The notes beneath the pieces are model-generated. The model was not told the DNA's origin, did no database searches, and saw only the letters and a program-made list of their open reading frames with translations. Both the position numbers and the translations under genes were made by a program. Of a stretch of 64,000 nucleotides of DNA, positions 12,723 to 26,426 are shown one piece after another. The first letter of the stretch is position 1; every line of letters begins with the position of its first letter. This stretch comes from Octopus vulgaris (lineage: Eukaryota): NCBI GenBank assembly GCA_951406725.2, contig OX597831.1, positions 35,526,001-35,590,000 on the forward strand, given 5' to 3'.

Positions 12723-13926
12723 CAGTGGTTCTCAACCATGGACAGAAGCACTCCGTCGGTTACGACGACGAGGGTTCCGGTTGATCCGATCAACGGAACA
12801 GCCTGCTCGTGAAATTAACGTGTAAGTGGCTGAGCATTCCACAGACATGTGTACCCTTAACGTAGCTCTCGGGGATATTCAGTGTGACACAGAGAGTGAC
12901 AAGGCCGGCCCTTTGAAATACAGGTACAACAGAAACAGGAAGTTAGAGTGAGAGAAAGTTGTGGTGAAAGAGTACAGCAGGGATCACCACCATCCCTGCC
13001 GGAGCCTCATGGAGCTTTAGGTGTTTTTGCTCAATAAACACTCACAACGCCCGGTCTGGGAATCGAAACCGCGATCCTACGACCGCGAGTCTGCTGCCCT
13101 AACCACTGGGCCATTGCCTCCAAAGGGCCCGAATATATCACAAAGCATTTCTCAACCACAATCCCTTTAGGAATCATATAAAATTTCCTTGTTAAAATTT
13201 ATCCACAATAAATTGATTAAGCTCCTATACTACACGAAATATTTTAATAATTGGTTTCATGCAATTCCTTATGATCTTTACCAATGGTCTTCTTTGATTG
13301 GTATTCTACTCTGACACACCTTGCCAGTCATTCGATGTTAAAAGCGTCCTTTTATATCTCTAGAATTAAATCATCATTACCATCATTTAGCATGGATAAT
13401 GGATGTTAAATTACGACGATGTCAATGATGGTAATTTAATTGCTTTAGTCGTTTCACTGCAGCCACGCTGGAGCGCCGCTTTTAGTTGAAGAAATTGACC
13501 CAAAGACTTAGTCTTTGTAAGTCTAGTACATACTCTATCAGTCTCTTTTGCCAAACTGCTAAGTTACAGGGATGTAAACACACCAGCATTGGTTGTCAAG
13601 CGATGCTGGGGGTGACAAACACAGACACACAAGCATATATACACATGTACACCTACACACATACATGCACACACACACACACACACACATACACACATAT
13701 GATGGGCTTATTTCAGTTTCCGCCTACCAAATCTACTCACAAAGCTTTGGTTGGCCCAAAGCTATAGTAGAACATACTTGTCCAAGGTGCCATGTAGTGG
13801 GACTGAACCTGGAACCATGTGGTTGGTAAGCAGAGGATTTTTTAAACATTGAATGACTGGCAGGGACCGTTTGAATTGAACAGGAATCAAAGGGGTCCAT
13901 AGCTAAAAGTCAGTTGAGAAACACTG
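12723..13926. mobile_element. hAT-type non-autonomous element with nested SINEs
   Basis: TIR CAGTGGTTCTCAAC/GTTGAGAAACACTG; imperfect 8-bp TSD CTCTAACA/CTCTAAAG. Confidence 0.65.
12745..13121 (-). mobile_element. Second tRNA-derived SINE family (head GGAGGC..AATGGCCCAGTGGTTAG); + copy at ~28081-28455; same head with other tails at ~53070-53382, ~11318-11537, ~1543-1850
   Basis: A-box TGGCCCAGTGG and B-box GGTTTCGATTCCC on the - strand; collinear with the copy at 28081. Confidence 0.85.
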
Positions 13927-14371
13927 CTCTAAAGTCTATGAAATACAATACACACTCAAAGCTGTGGGATCGATAGGGCTGTTACAGCAATGGACAAGAA
14001 CAAAATGCTTTGTGATATATTCGGGCCCTTTGTGCTCTGAGTTCAAGTCCATCTGAGGTCAACATTGCTTCTTATCCCTCTAAAGTCTATGAAATAAATT
14101 AGCAGATCAGGAAAGTGGATTAATGGGATCATTAAAGTGGTGAACGAAATACCTTGTGGTATTTGTTCTGGGTTTTTATGCTTTGAGTTCAGATCCTGCT
14201 GAAGCCAACTCTGCTGTTCATCCCTATGAAGTCTGTAGAATAAAGATACCAATCAGGGCATGGAGCTGTTAAAACAGAGGATGAAATGCCTTGTGGTATT
14301 TGTCCTGGCTGGTTATGCTTTGAGTTGAAATAGTGCAGCAACTTGGGTGCTGACTTGTGTCAGTGCTTACT

Positions 14372-14726
14372 TTTATTACCTTTGCCTTAGCGAAGGCGAG
14401 GTATTGCTTTCAGTTGTGTTTGTTTGTCTGTGAACAAGATATCTCAAGAACTGCTGGATGGATTCGGATGAAACTTTGGCCTCGTGACTGGCACAAACTT
14501 ATTAGATTTTGAGATTGATCTGGTACTCGACAAAGATTCTGGATTATTTTCCAGTTTTTTTTTACTTAATTTTTGAGAGCAGTCGTGTTCATTTTTAGTA
14601 TTATTGTTTGTGGGAGCAGTCAAGTTTATTTCAGATATTCTTATTTTAAAAATCATCTCTGACTAAATCGTTGAGAGGACGTTGGTGCTGCCTTGGTGGA
14701 GGTTTGTGCTCTCTGAGTGCTCTTGT
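14372..14726 (+). mobile_element. Helentron-associated (HINE/Pearl-like) non-autonomous element
   Basis: 5' TTATTACCTTTGCC..GGCGAGGT palindrome, GTTT/GTCT microsatellite, subterminal GGTGGAGGT and a 3' short hairpin before a T-run. Confidence 0.6.
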
Positions 14727-16589
14727 TTTCCCTTGGAATGAAACAATGATGGTCTGGAAAAAAGGGAGACTTGCTGGATGGGCATCAGCTAGTCTTCCAC
14801 AACAGAAAAAATTTTTTTTTTAATTGCTTTTGCCTTTGGCCCCTGATAACTGTCAAATCAAGTACACTTACACTTGGTTAAATTTGACCAATGGAAGCTC
14901 TTTACTTTTAGTCATTATCTTTTAAAGGCATTTCAGACTAAAAACAATCTCTTTATGTCTTCATATGTATGAGGGATTACTGAAAAGTTCCTGGCTTTCG
15001 GTAAAAGTAAATACAGGAGGAATTAAATTATGATTTTTATAAAAGATATTTCCCTCTCAGATTCACACATTTATTGCAACATTCCTTCAGTTTTTCTAAG
15101 CCCTGTAAAAGAACTCAGAAGTTTGGGCCTTCAATTAGACTTTTCATGATGCACTTAAAATCAGGAACTTTTCAGCACCCCTTCTGACATACATACACAC
15201 TCACACATATATATGCACACACACATATATATGCACACACACACACACACACACATGTATATATATATATATATATTCTTTTATTTTTTTACTAGTTTCA
15301 GTCATTTGACTGCAGCCATGCTGGAGCACCACATTTTAGTCAAGCAAATCGACTCCCATACTTATTCTTTGTAAGCCTGGTACTTATTTTACCAGTCTCT
15401 CTGCCAAAGCGATAAGTTACAGGGATCTAAATGCACCAGCATTGGCTGTCAAGTGATGTTGGCAGGGGAGGGGGGACAAACATATGCACACACATACATA
15501 CATACATATATATGTATATATATAGCCAAAATTGCAATGATAATTTGGAACTCGACTGAGGACAGAAAACTCCAAATGATCTGTCCTTGTTTTCTTTGTA
15601 TTGTCTTTCTGGATGTTTTGTTGTCCCATTGTTGTATTTTATATATATAAAAAAATATAGCAGCATATGTACACATTGGTATGTATATATATATGAGCAA
15701 AATGCCCCCCATCCAATGGACAGTACTGAGTTGTCAAACATTTAGACCAAATTTTCTCAAAACAACTTGTCCGACCGTCCCATTTTGTGGGATTATTTCA
15801 AGCCAGCTGGCTTTTTTTGCGCAAACTGCACGAGCATTTTTTTTGTGTATGCGTAGTACAGATCACAATAGCTGATATACTTGCGCGTACAAATGCACGT
15901 TCCCACGGCTTTATCGATCACATTCTCACCTGGAATCGATTTTTGTAATTTTTTCAAGACTTATACATGCCCAGATACCATCGGTATCTACATATCAAAT
16001 TTGAGTGCAATCGGATGGAGGATGCCCGAGATCCTAGAAGACACACACACAGACAGAACAGATTTTATGTAACAAATATATATGATGGGCTTCTTTCAGT
16101 TTCCGATTGCCAAATCAACTCACAAGGCTTTGGTCGGCCCGAGGTAATAGTAGAAGACACTTGCTCAAGGTACCACACAGTGGGACTGAACTTGGAACCA
16201 TGTGGTTGGTAAGCAAGCTACTTACCACACAGCCACTCCTGTGCCTATAAATTTTTTTATTAATCTGGTCCTTCTTTAATATTCCAAGCAATTATATTAT
16301 TTTCACAGCCTAGACAGGAGTAAATTGTTGATGATGTTGTTGCCGAAGTGGTGCAGGTTTTGTTGTGTTTTGTGTTTTGCGCTGTAAATGAACCGGGGAA
16401 ATCTATCAATCAATCTGTCTGACTGATTTGCTTTATGTGTATGTCTATGTGCATTTGTGTGTGTGTGTGTGCGCGCGTCCATTTGTTTGTCTTTTATTAC
16501 CTGTCTGTTTTTGTTATAATCCTATTATTTTTTTTATTTTATTTATTGATTCCTTTACTTATTTGGAAAATGGACATTAACTGATGATG

Positions 16590-16893
16590 ATATATAAAGA
16601 TATATATGTATATATATATATGTGTATACATATATGTATATGTGTGTGTGTATGGATACATGTATATAAATGCATACACCGATGTATGCGTATATATACA
16701 CATATATCTTTATATATGTATGTATTTATATGTGTGTGTGTGTCATGTATATGTATATACACATACACATACATACATATAAATATATACATATATTTGT
16801 ATATATGTATAAATATACATAAATATATATGTATATATATATGTGTGTGTGTGTGTATATATATATATATACATATACATTATATATATAATG

Positions 16894-16957
<64 letters not shown>

Positions 16958-17506
16958 AATATATATATATATATATGTGTATATATATATATATATACGC
17001 ATGTATGTATATCTGCTCATCAGTTGCTTCATTTATGTACATCTACAGCTAAATGCCTGCTTTCCTATGTTTATCCACTCGCTCAGTATGAATATGCAAA
17101 TACACACACACACACACGTGCATATGTCCCCTGCCCCGTCCAATGGCACCGAATGCAATGATGAGTGTAAAAAAAAAAAACCAAAAAGGTGCATAAGCTA
17201 AATAAAAACCAACACACAAAAACAATATTTTGCTGTAGTTTATTTGTGTTTCCTGTATTCCGTTGTGAATTTCTGTCTTTATATATGTCACTGTCTCTGT
17301 CTGTCTCTATCTATATGAGTGTATGTGCACATGCAAATAGACGTGTCTGTCTACATTCATGTATGTATGTATGTATGTATGTGTGTGTGTATGTATATAT
17401 ATATTTATATATATGTATGTATGTATGTATTTTCCTCTATGCTATATCTCATTGTATTTATCTATCTATGTCTATCTGTGTCTGTCTTTCTATCTACCTA
17501 TCACTG

Positions 17507-17571
<65 letters not shown>

Positions 17572-17630
17572 TTAACTACCTGCCTACCTACCTACTTACC
17601 TACCTATTTATCTATCAATCTATCTGTCTG

Positions 17631-17711
<81 letters not shown>

Positions 17712-17730
17712 CTATCTATTTATCTGTCTG

Positions 17731-17798
<68 letters not shown>

Positions 17799-17800
17799 CC
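16590..17800. repeat. (TA)n/(TATG)n/(TCTA)n microsatellite cluster
   Basis: Directly visible. Confidence 0.95.
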
Positions 17801-18549
17801 TGCCTACGCACACAAATACACATATGCAATATATGCATACACACACATGTATGTAATGTTGCTAATTATAAACCAGTTCATAAGATGAAATATTTGTGTG
17901 CTTTCGATTACCAGTTGTTCTACTCCCATAAGACAGTAAATAAACTGACCTTCAGCATCCAGCTGACAATGATGAAAATAATAGTTATTTGCTATAGAGT
18001 TGGCCTGAAATAATCTAATTTTTTTCATGGAGACTGTAATAATATACACCAATATATATACATCTACATAAATATTATAGTTTCTGAATTTAATATCCAG
18101 CAAAAGAATGAGGTGAATGGTTTGCTGGAGACGGGCTGATTGAGTAGAACTAGTGGGACAGGATACTTTTTTATTCTTTTACTTGTTTCAGCCATGTGGC
18201 TGTGGTCATGCTGGAGCACCACCATAAGATGTTCATTTTTTATTACAAATTTGCAGCCAACTAAACTGTTCTGGACTTTAAGCATTGCTGAGGAAGGGGT
18301 TTAATGTGTGAGATACTCTCTCTCTCTCTCTCTCTCTCTTTTACTCTTTTACTTGTTTCAGTCATTTGACTGTGGCCATGCTGGAGCACTGCCTTTAGTC
18401 GAGCAAATCGACCCCAGGACTTATTCTTTGTAAGCCTAGTACGTATTCCATAGGTCTCTTTTGCTGAACCGCTAAGTTACGGGTACGTAAACACACCAGC
18501 ATCTGTTGTCAAGCGATGTTGGGGGGGACAAACACAGACACATGAACAA

Positions 18550-18580
<31 letters not shown>

Positions 18581-19262
18581 CACACATATATATATGACAG
18601 GCTTCTTTCAGTTTCCGTCTACCAAATCCACTCACAAGGCTTTGGTCGGCCCGAGGCTATAGTAGAAGGTGCCACGCAGTGTGACTGAACCCAGAACCAT
18701 GTGGTTGGTAAGCAAGCTACTTACCACACAGCCACTTCTACACCTAGATGTGTGAATTTTTTTTTTTTTTTTTTGTGGTTGCTTCAGTTGTCAGAAATAG
18801 CAGCCAAATTACTGCAACTTACATCAATATGAGCACCTTTAACTCTTTGGCATTCAGACCGGCCATATCAGACTTAAATATTCTTCTTGTTTAATGTTGA
18901 AACTGACCAGGTCAGGCCTCTCATACCTACACTGCAAAGTAACTCTAAAAGCCAACAATCACATCATCTAAATCTCAAAGCGACGAGATAGAGTGTGATT
19001 AATTTCAGAACAGTGTGAATTAATTAACATTATATTTGACAGACCAATCTGAATGCTAAAGGGTAAAAAAACAAAACAAAAGAGGATAAGACTCTTAGAA
19101 GACAGTGTCAGCGTCAGCATTGATGGACAGCTTTTAGGTAAAAAGTAAAATAAAAGGGTTCAGTCCCACTGCATAGCACCTTGGGTAAGTGTCTTCTATT
19201 ATAGCCTCAGGCTGACCAAAGCTTTATGAGTGGATTTGATAGATGGAAACTGAAAAGAAGTC

Positions 19263-19516
19263 CCTCATAATGGGACTGAACCTGAGATCATGTTTGGGAA
19301 GTAAAATTCTTAACCACACAGCCGCACTTGCATACAGTCGTACATTCTGAGAGGCAAAGCTAATTAAGATATACTCCAATATATTACTGGTACTTATTTC
19401 CTCTCTCCCTACCCCAGAAGAAGAACAGGCAAAATCCACCCCACTAGATTTGAACCCTGAGTCTAAAGATAAGTAATTAAATGCTGCAAAGCATTTTGTA
19501 ACAATGCTTTATAGAT
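19263..19516. repeat. Left arm of an inverted duplication (partner 21454-21706)
   Basis: The reverse complement aligns collinearly to 21454-21706 with scattered substitutions and small indels. Confidence 0.9.
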
Positions 19517-19699
19517 GGCCATGAGGTTAAGGATCTTGCTTTGCAACATTGCGGTTTTAGTGTCAATTCCACCATCTAGAAACTTAGGCAAGTGTCATCT
19601 ATAATAGTTCCAGCCTGATTGGTACCTCATGAATGAATTTGGTAGCTGGAAATTGTGTAGAAGTCTCATGTATATGTGTGTGCGTGTGTGTTTAACCAA

Positions 19700-19930
19700 T
19701 CCTATGACTGGCACCCGGCAGATGCCAGGACCCCTGGACTGGAGATACGTAAAAAGCACCCACTACACTCACGGAGTGGTTGGCATTAGGAAGGGCATCC
19801 AGCTGTAGAAACATTGCCAGATAAGACCAGAGCCTGGTGCAGCCTTCTGGCTTCCCAGATCCCCGGTCGAACCGTCCAACCCATGCTAGCATGGAGAACG
19901 GACGTTATACGATGCTGATGATGGTGATGA
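19700..19930 (+). mobile_element. Interspersed repeat with GGAAGGGCATCCAGCTGTAG core and (GAT)n tail (RTE-tail-like retroposon); copies at ~22766-23218, 40708-40860, 41283-41430, 48575-48865, 58460-58770(-), 63300-64000
   Basis: Recurrent motif GAGTGGTTGGCGTTAGGAAGGGCATCCAGC...CCATGCTAGCATGGA...GATGATGAT. Confidence 0.75.
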
Positions 19931-19951
19931 TATATATATATATATATATAT

Positions 19952-20067
19952 ATGTGAGGTATACTTGCCATCTCAATATGGCTAACCACTAAGGGTGGGT
20001 GTTACTGTAGCTTGTAACACCCACCCTTAGTGGTTAGCCATATTGAGATGGCAAATATACCTCACAT
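19952..20067. repeat. 54-bp-arm inverted repeat between (TA)n tracts
   Basis: 19952-20005 pairs with 20014-20067 with one mismatch and an 8-nt spacer. Confidence 0.95.
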
Positions 20068-20447
20068 TGTCGTGCAGTTACTGTTTATACCTCGTTTAGA
20101 GATTTATTATATATATATATATATAAGCTCTCCCATCCACCCGCTACCTAACAACCAGTGTTATGTTGCCAAACTTAGCACTTTCGTAATAGCAACCTAT
20201 AGAATCTGTACGGTGGTTGATTTCTTTGACGAAACCTTTCAAGATTTTGCCCCAGGATGGCCTCAGTCCAGTGACTAAAACAGTAAAAGATAAAAGAAAA
20301 GCATTAATAATGTACAATAATCTAATAACACAGGAAGCTATTTTTAGGAATGTCTCATTTACTGTAATGCTTGTTTTTTTATGGTATCATGGTGTTATCT
20401 TTTATTCATTTATTTTATTTTATTTTATTTCTTTTATTGCATTACAG

Positions 20448-20528
20448 ATTTATGACACTTTCTCTCAAGTTCCTCTAAGCCACAAGGAATTCATTTCAAG
20501 AAAAACAGTTTCCTATGAAGACTTGCTG
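20448..20528 (+). CDS. CFAP221: Internal coding exon (27 aa, IYDTFSQVPLSHKEFISRKTVSYEDLL) of a CFAP221/PCDP1-like gene
   Basis: T-rich tract ending TTACAG (AG 20446-47), donor GTTTGT at 20529, 81 nt, phase 0-0. Same length as, and sharing D..VP...E...S...L with, the human CFAP221 segment APDGLGLVPIKSSEVQIKQSYSFFNLQ as I recall it. Joins in frame to the 38438 exon. Confidence 0.72.
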
Positions 20529-20807
20529 GTTTGTAGATTTACCTTTCTGATATTTGTTAACGCATAAGGCAGCGAGCTGGCAGAGCTGTTCGCATGTCGG
20601 ACAAAATGCTTGTTTTCAGCACTTTATGTGTTCGTTTCAACTTCTACCGAAGTCAGCTTTGCCTTTTGTCCTTTCAGGGTCATCACTACCATCATCATCA
20701 TCATCATTACCATCATTATCATCACCCTCATCGTCATCATCATCACCATCACCACCACCACCACCACCACCATCATCATCATCATCGCCATCATCATCAT
20801 TATCTTT

Positions 20808-20846
<39 letters not shown>

Positions 20847-20957
20847 GGTTTCTATGGTCGGATGCCCTTCCTAACGCCAACCACTCTGCAGAGTGTACTT
20901 GGATGATTTGTGCATGGCACCAGCACAATAATAATAATAATAATAATAATAATATTA

Positions 20958-21320
20958 ATAATATAGAAATTGAAAAAATGTGGCATCTCAAGGCGACTAC
21001 AGTACCAGTGATTGTAGGATCTCTAGGAATGTTAAAAAAAGGTACTGAAACCTATTTGAAAGTGATACCAGGCTTACTATCCCTATAGGAAGTGCAAAAA
21101 ATCATGTTAACTAGAACAACTCATGTACTGAGAAGAGCATTATTGCTGTGATAAGCAACATCCATTCATGAATTTATTTATTTATTAATTTTTTTTATAT
21201 ACATATTTTACCTGTGAATTTGTGTGTGTAATCTGGGAATGCATACAATGAGCTTCTCTGCCCTAAGTGTATGGAAAACACACAGCGAAAAATGGAAGAA
21301 AATTTGAAGAAAGAAGAAGA
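20958..21320 (+). mobile_element. 5'-truncated Dong/R4-type non-LTR retrotransposon 3' end (restriction-like endonuclease C-terminus)
   Basis: IEIEKMWHLKATTVPVIVGSLGMLKKG..EVQKIMLTRTTHVLRRAL; abuts (AAT)n. Confidence 0.75.
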
Positions 21321-21453
21321 AAAAAAAGTAATTATAATCATAAAAGTACCAGTTGAGTACTGGGGCTGATGTAATGAAATAGCCTCCACCTCTGAATTTG
21401 CTGGCCCTGTGCCAGAATTAGAAATCATTCTTTGATACCACAAAGAATGGTGG

Positions 21454-21706
21454 ATCTGTAAAATATTGTTACAAAATGCTTTACAGCATTTAATTACATA
21501 TCTTTAGACTCAGGGTTCAAATCTAGTGGGGTGGATTTTGCCTGTTCTTCTGGGGTAGGGAGAGAGGAAATAAGTACTGGTAATATATTGGAGTATATCT
21601 TAATTAGCTTTGTCTCTCAGAATGTACGACCATATGCAAGTGTGGCTGTGTGGTTAAGAAGTTTACTTCCCAAACACTTGATCTCAGGTTCAGTCCCATT
21701 ATGAGG
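21454..21706. repeat. Right arm of an inverted duplication (partner 19263-19516)
   Basis: As for the left arm. Confidence 0.9.
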
Positions 21707-21791
21707 TACCTTGACCAAAGATCTTCTGATGTAGCTACAGGCCAACCAAACCCTTGTGAGTGAATTTGATAGATGGAAACTGAAAGAAGCC

Positions 21792-21822
<31 letters not shown>

Positions 21823-24800
21823 CAGTGTGTGTCCTTATCTGGACATCATATGTTCCAATCTTCTCTGAAAACATGTCTGGCCATAAGAAGATGTCACCTT
21901 ACTTAGAAACAGGTGAAGGTTGGGACAGGGAGGGCATCCAACCATAGAAAATCTTCTGCGTCAAATTCTATATGGTCCATGGAAAAGGGGATGTTCAAAG
22001 ATGGTGATGATGATGATGTGCCTGTATTAGAAATCAACAATTGATTAATTTATCACATTGGCAGAATGCCTCATATTTTCAGATTGTATGAAGTCAGCCA
22101 AGATATACCTCATTACATAACTGGTATTTAATTTTTCAACACCCTCCACCCCCACCTGCCTCACTATAGAATGAGAAAAGGTTAAGTTGCACCTGGTAGA
22201 AGTTGAACACAGAATTAAAGACATGTAGTGTAATAAAAATACCACGAGTATTTTACCTGCTGCTCTACCAATTCTGCCAGCCCCTGTTTTTAATAATTAG
22301 AGATGAAACTTAACTCTTTAGTTGCCATATTTCTGTAGAAATACATTGCCTTTGATTGAATTAATTTTGAACAGCATGAGGAAGTTACCAAAATAGCTTT
22401 GTCATTAAATTGGTGTCTGGGACATGAATTAACTTGAAATTTTGATGGAAGGTTTTTAGATCACTTTGAAACAGGAAGTTTTGTATCACAGAACCAGGGG
22501 TGGTCTTAGACAGGTTGGTGTCAAAATTATTAACATTTTAGTATTTCTGTTGAACACACTTCATGTGTTTTCAACTGATTTTATAAACAGGGAAGAATTT
22601 AATAAAACAGCTTCGTCATTATTAAGTTGTTGTTTGAAACTTAATTGAACAAAAAATTTTTGATGGAAGGTTGCAATTTAAAACACTTTAAACAGGGAAT
22701 TTGTATCACAGGATGACCAATGAATTCAAGTTGGCTGATATGAAAAAAGGTTGCTTATCAAAATCTGAGGTGCCGGTGGCACATAAAAAGCACTATCTGA
22801 ACGTTGCCGATGCCAGCGCCGCCCCGACTGGCTTCTGTGCCAGTGGCACATAAAAAGCACCATCCAAACGTGGCCGATGCCAGCGCCACCCCGACTAGCT
22901 CCTGTGCTGGTGGCACATAAAAAGACCATCCGAACGTTGCCAGCGCCGCCTTGGCTGGCTTCCGTGCCACTGGCACGTTAAAAGCTCCAACCGATCGTGA
23001 CCGATGCCGGATCCCCCCTGGCACCTGTGCAGATGGTACGTAAAAAGCACCCACTACACTCGTGGAGTGGTTGGCGTTAGGAAGGGCATCCAGCCGTAGA
23101 AACTCTGCCAGATCAGACTGGAGCCTGGAGCAACTCCTGGCTTCCCAGACCCCGGTCGAACCGTCCAACCCGTGCTAGCGCGGAAAACGGATGTTAAACG
23201 ATGATGATGATGGTGATGTTGTTTCTGTTGAAGCTGGGATCCAAAGGACCTTGTTTTCTGCCATAACAAGTCTAGCATTAGTAACAATATGCACACACAT
23301 GCATATATTTATTATTCTTATAGAAGACTGTTCTTGACAGTGACTTCAAAGTTTTAGCCAGCTAAACCATTGTCTGATGATAACTTTGCTAAATGAGACT
23401 TCAGACACTGTCAACAACATTTCTGTATAAGTACACACATGTATGCATACATACACACATACATACGTACATATATATGACGAACTAACTGTTACTTTCT
23501 TAGATGCAGCACGGACTTTGTCAGTGAACAGGTTGCGGATTTTAGCGACGAAAATATTTTGACAAATTAAACTTAAATGTTGAAGTGAATCGAACGGCTT
23601 TTGTGTGTTTCTTAAATGGCTTATAAACACCTTCCACGCTGCAATTGTTTTCGTTTCAGCACACGATCTCAGATCAAATTACTTGCTATGCGAATACATC
23701 TCCGTAATAATTAATTTGTTCTCTATAAATGTAGAGATTAATTTGTGCTCTAAAATAATTAATTTGTGCTCTATAAAAAGTAACCCATCAGATTAACTCT
23801 TCAGCATTCAGATTACTCCATCAGATGTAATGCTTCTCATCTACTCACAGTGTTATTCTCTCTCTCTCTCTCTCTTTACTCTTTTACTTGTTTCAGTCAT
23901 TTGACTGTGGCCATGCTGGAGCACTGCCTTTAGTCAAGCACATCGATCCCAGGACTTATTCTTTGTAAGCCTAGTACTTATTCTATCGGTCTTGTTTACC
24001 GAATCGCTAAGTTACAGGGATGTAAGCGATGTTGGTGGGGGGGGGGGACAAACACAGACACACAAACATATACACACACATACATATGTTTATATATATA
24101 TAGACATACGACGGGCTTCTTTCAGTTTCCGTCTACCAAATCCACTCACAAGGCTTTGGTTGGCCTGAGGCTATAGTAGAAGACGCTTGCCCAAGATGCC
24201 AGGCAGTGGGACCGAACCCAGAAACATGTAGTTCGTAAGAGAGCTACTTACCACACAGCCACACCTATGCCTGTTTTGAATTAATCATGGATTATCTTGA
24301 AACTTTATAATTTTGATGACATTGTAGTGTAGATGAGACATGCCTGATCTAGCCAGTTTGAACATAAAACAAGTAGAATATATTGGCCTGGTCTGGCTAG
24401 TTTAAATGCTAAAGAGTTAATGTAATTTTATTTTTTATTGTAACCGAACATAAAAAGAAGCATTAATATATACACATATACACATTCTTAGATTCAAGTT
24501 TATCTCTGTAGATTTTCTAAAGCATTGAGACCCAGCAATGCAAGTTACAATGTTTCGTAATCAAATATGTCTATTTAAACAATGCAATTGAATTTTTTTT
24601 TATTTCTCCTATTTTTACTATTTTATCTATTTTTCATTGCATTGTATACATAGATGTATTCGTTTACAAACCATTGTAACTTTCAGTGTTGGCTCTGAAT
24701 TTATGACAAAATCTATAGAGATAAATATGAAGTAAAAATATTGCACTGCTAACTCAGGATAAGAAACAATACTGACTTGTTAACCAGTAATATTTTTGGT

Positions 24801-24879
24801 AGAATATTATGGTTGCAAAAAGAAATACCGTGTCCTTGCTAGCAATTAACATGTACATAGATACATACATACATTCATT

Positions 24880-25420
24880 CATTGCCTTCAGTTCATCTTT
24901 GGTGTTACCAGGTGTTTTGTTGGTCACTCCCTTAACTATGCTCCACACATAATAGTCTGGGGAGTTAGGTGACCAGATGTTAGGCGTGATGTGGTGGCAG
25001 AAATTGTTTGACAGCCATGTCTGGGTTCTCCTGCTTGTGTAGCATGGTGTTGAGTCCTGTTGCCAGACATAGGGTCTTCCAGCAGCACAACCTTCTCCAA
25101 ACACTTGATGTAGGCCTCCGTGTTGAGTGTGAGGCCATGTGGAAAGATGAATGGAGGTAGTACGTCACTATCACTAGTGATCACTCCAAACACCATGATG
25201 TTGACTGGATGTTTGATTTTTATCACTCTCGGTACATGTCTTCAGATAAACACCCAAACTCTCTGAAATATTCATTTTGGAGCTTCTAGCATGAATGCCA
25301 AGCAGTACAGCATGTCATTTCCAAACTTCTGGCAGAGTAAATTGTGTCATGACACTATTTTTCTCATAGATCGTGCCCAACTAGCCCTACCATACAGTGT
25401 AGTCGACAAAATCTAAAACA
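24880..25420 (-). mobile_element. Degenerate Tc1/mariner-superfamily (maT/DD37D-like) transposon
   Basis: KHPVNIMVFGVITSD..PPFIFPHGL.LN..Y, RPYVWQQDSTPCYTS and WSPNSPD motifs across frameshifts. Confidence 0.8.
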
Positions 25421-25451
25421 ATGTGCAATATATATATATGTGTGTGTGTGT

Positions 25452-25482
<31 letters not shown>

Positions 25483-25503
25483 GGGTAGATAGATAGATAG
25501 ATG

Positions 25504-25578
<75 letters not shown>

Positions 25579-25657
25579 GGGTAAATAGATAGATAGATGG
25601 GTAGATAGATAGATAGGTAGATAGATAGACAGATTGATTGATAGATAGATAGATTGA

Positions 25658-25709
<52 letters not shown>

Positions 25710-25785
25710 TAGACAGACAGATAGACAGACAGGTAGACAGACAGATAGACAGACAGATAGATAGATAGATAGATAAATAGATGGG

Positions 25786-25846
<61 letters not shown>

Positions 25847-25862
25847 GGGTAGATGGATAGTT
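25452..25862. repeat. (GATA)n/(GACA)n microsatellite
   Basis: Directly visible. Confidence 0.97.
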
Positions 25863-26164
25863 AGAAGTAGATAAATTGAGAAAGCAGAGGGCTCTTTGTA
25901 TAGGATGTCTAGACTTGTTGAGTAGTATTTGAAAATAAGAAAAAAAAAAGCACCAAAAGAGTCAAAAAACCAGCCTAAAATATCCTCATTAATGCGTCAA
26001 ACATGACAGCAAATATTTTCAGAAAACAAGCATTTGCACATTCAACTCAACAGCTGTTCCTTCATAATTCATACGGAATCACTGAATTCCATTTCTCTTG
26101 TTGCATAATGTATTAAGCTGTCAAGTTTCGGTGGGGGGGGGGGGGGATATACAGTTTGAAAGCT

Positions 26165-26395
26165 GTCATCATCATCCACCGTTCGTGTTGTTGTTGTTGT
26201 TGTTGTTGCTGCTGTCGTTGTTGGTATCAGTGGTGACAGGGGAGGTGTCGAAAGAAGTAGCAGTGGCAACGACGTTGGTGGTGGTGGTGGTGGTGGTAGC
26301 AGCCGCAGTGAGCGTTCTTGCTTTTGTTATCATCGATGTTGTTGTTGTTGTTGTTGTTGTTGTCGTTGTCGTCGTCATTATCTTCATCACTACTG

Positions 26396-26426
<31 letters not shown>

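Noticed and set aside
16309-16356. Candidate short exon (TTTCACAG...CAG|GTTTTG)
   Set aside because: The only open frame is phase-incompatible with the 20448 exon and shows no CFAP221 similarity.
22766-23060. CRISPR-like repeat-spacer appearance
   Set aside because: Eukaryotic context, the spacers are mutually homologous, and there are no cas genes.
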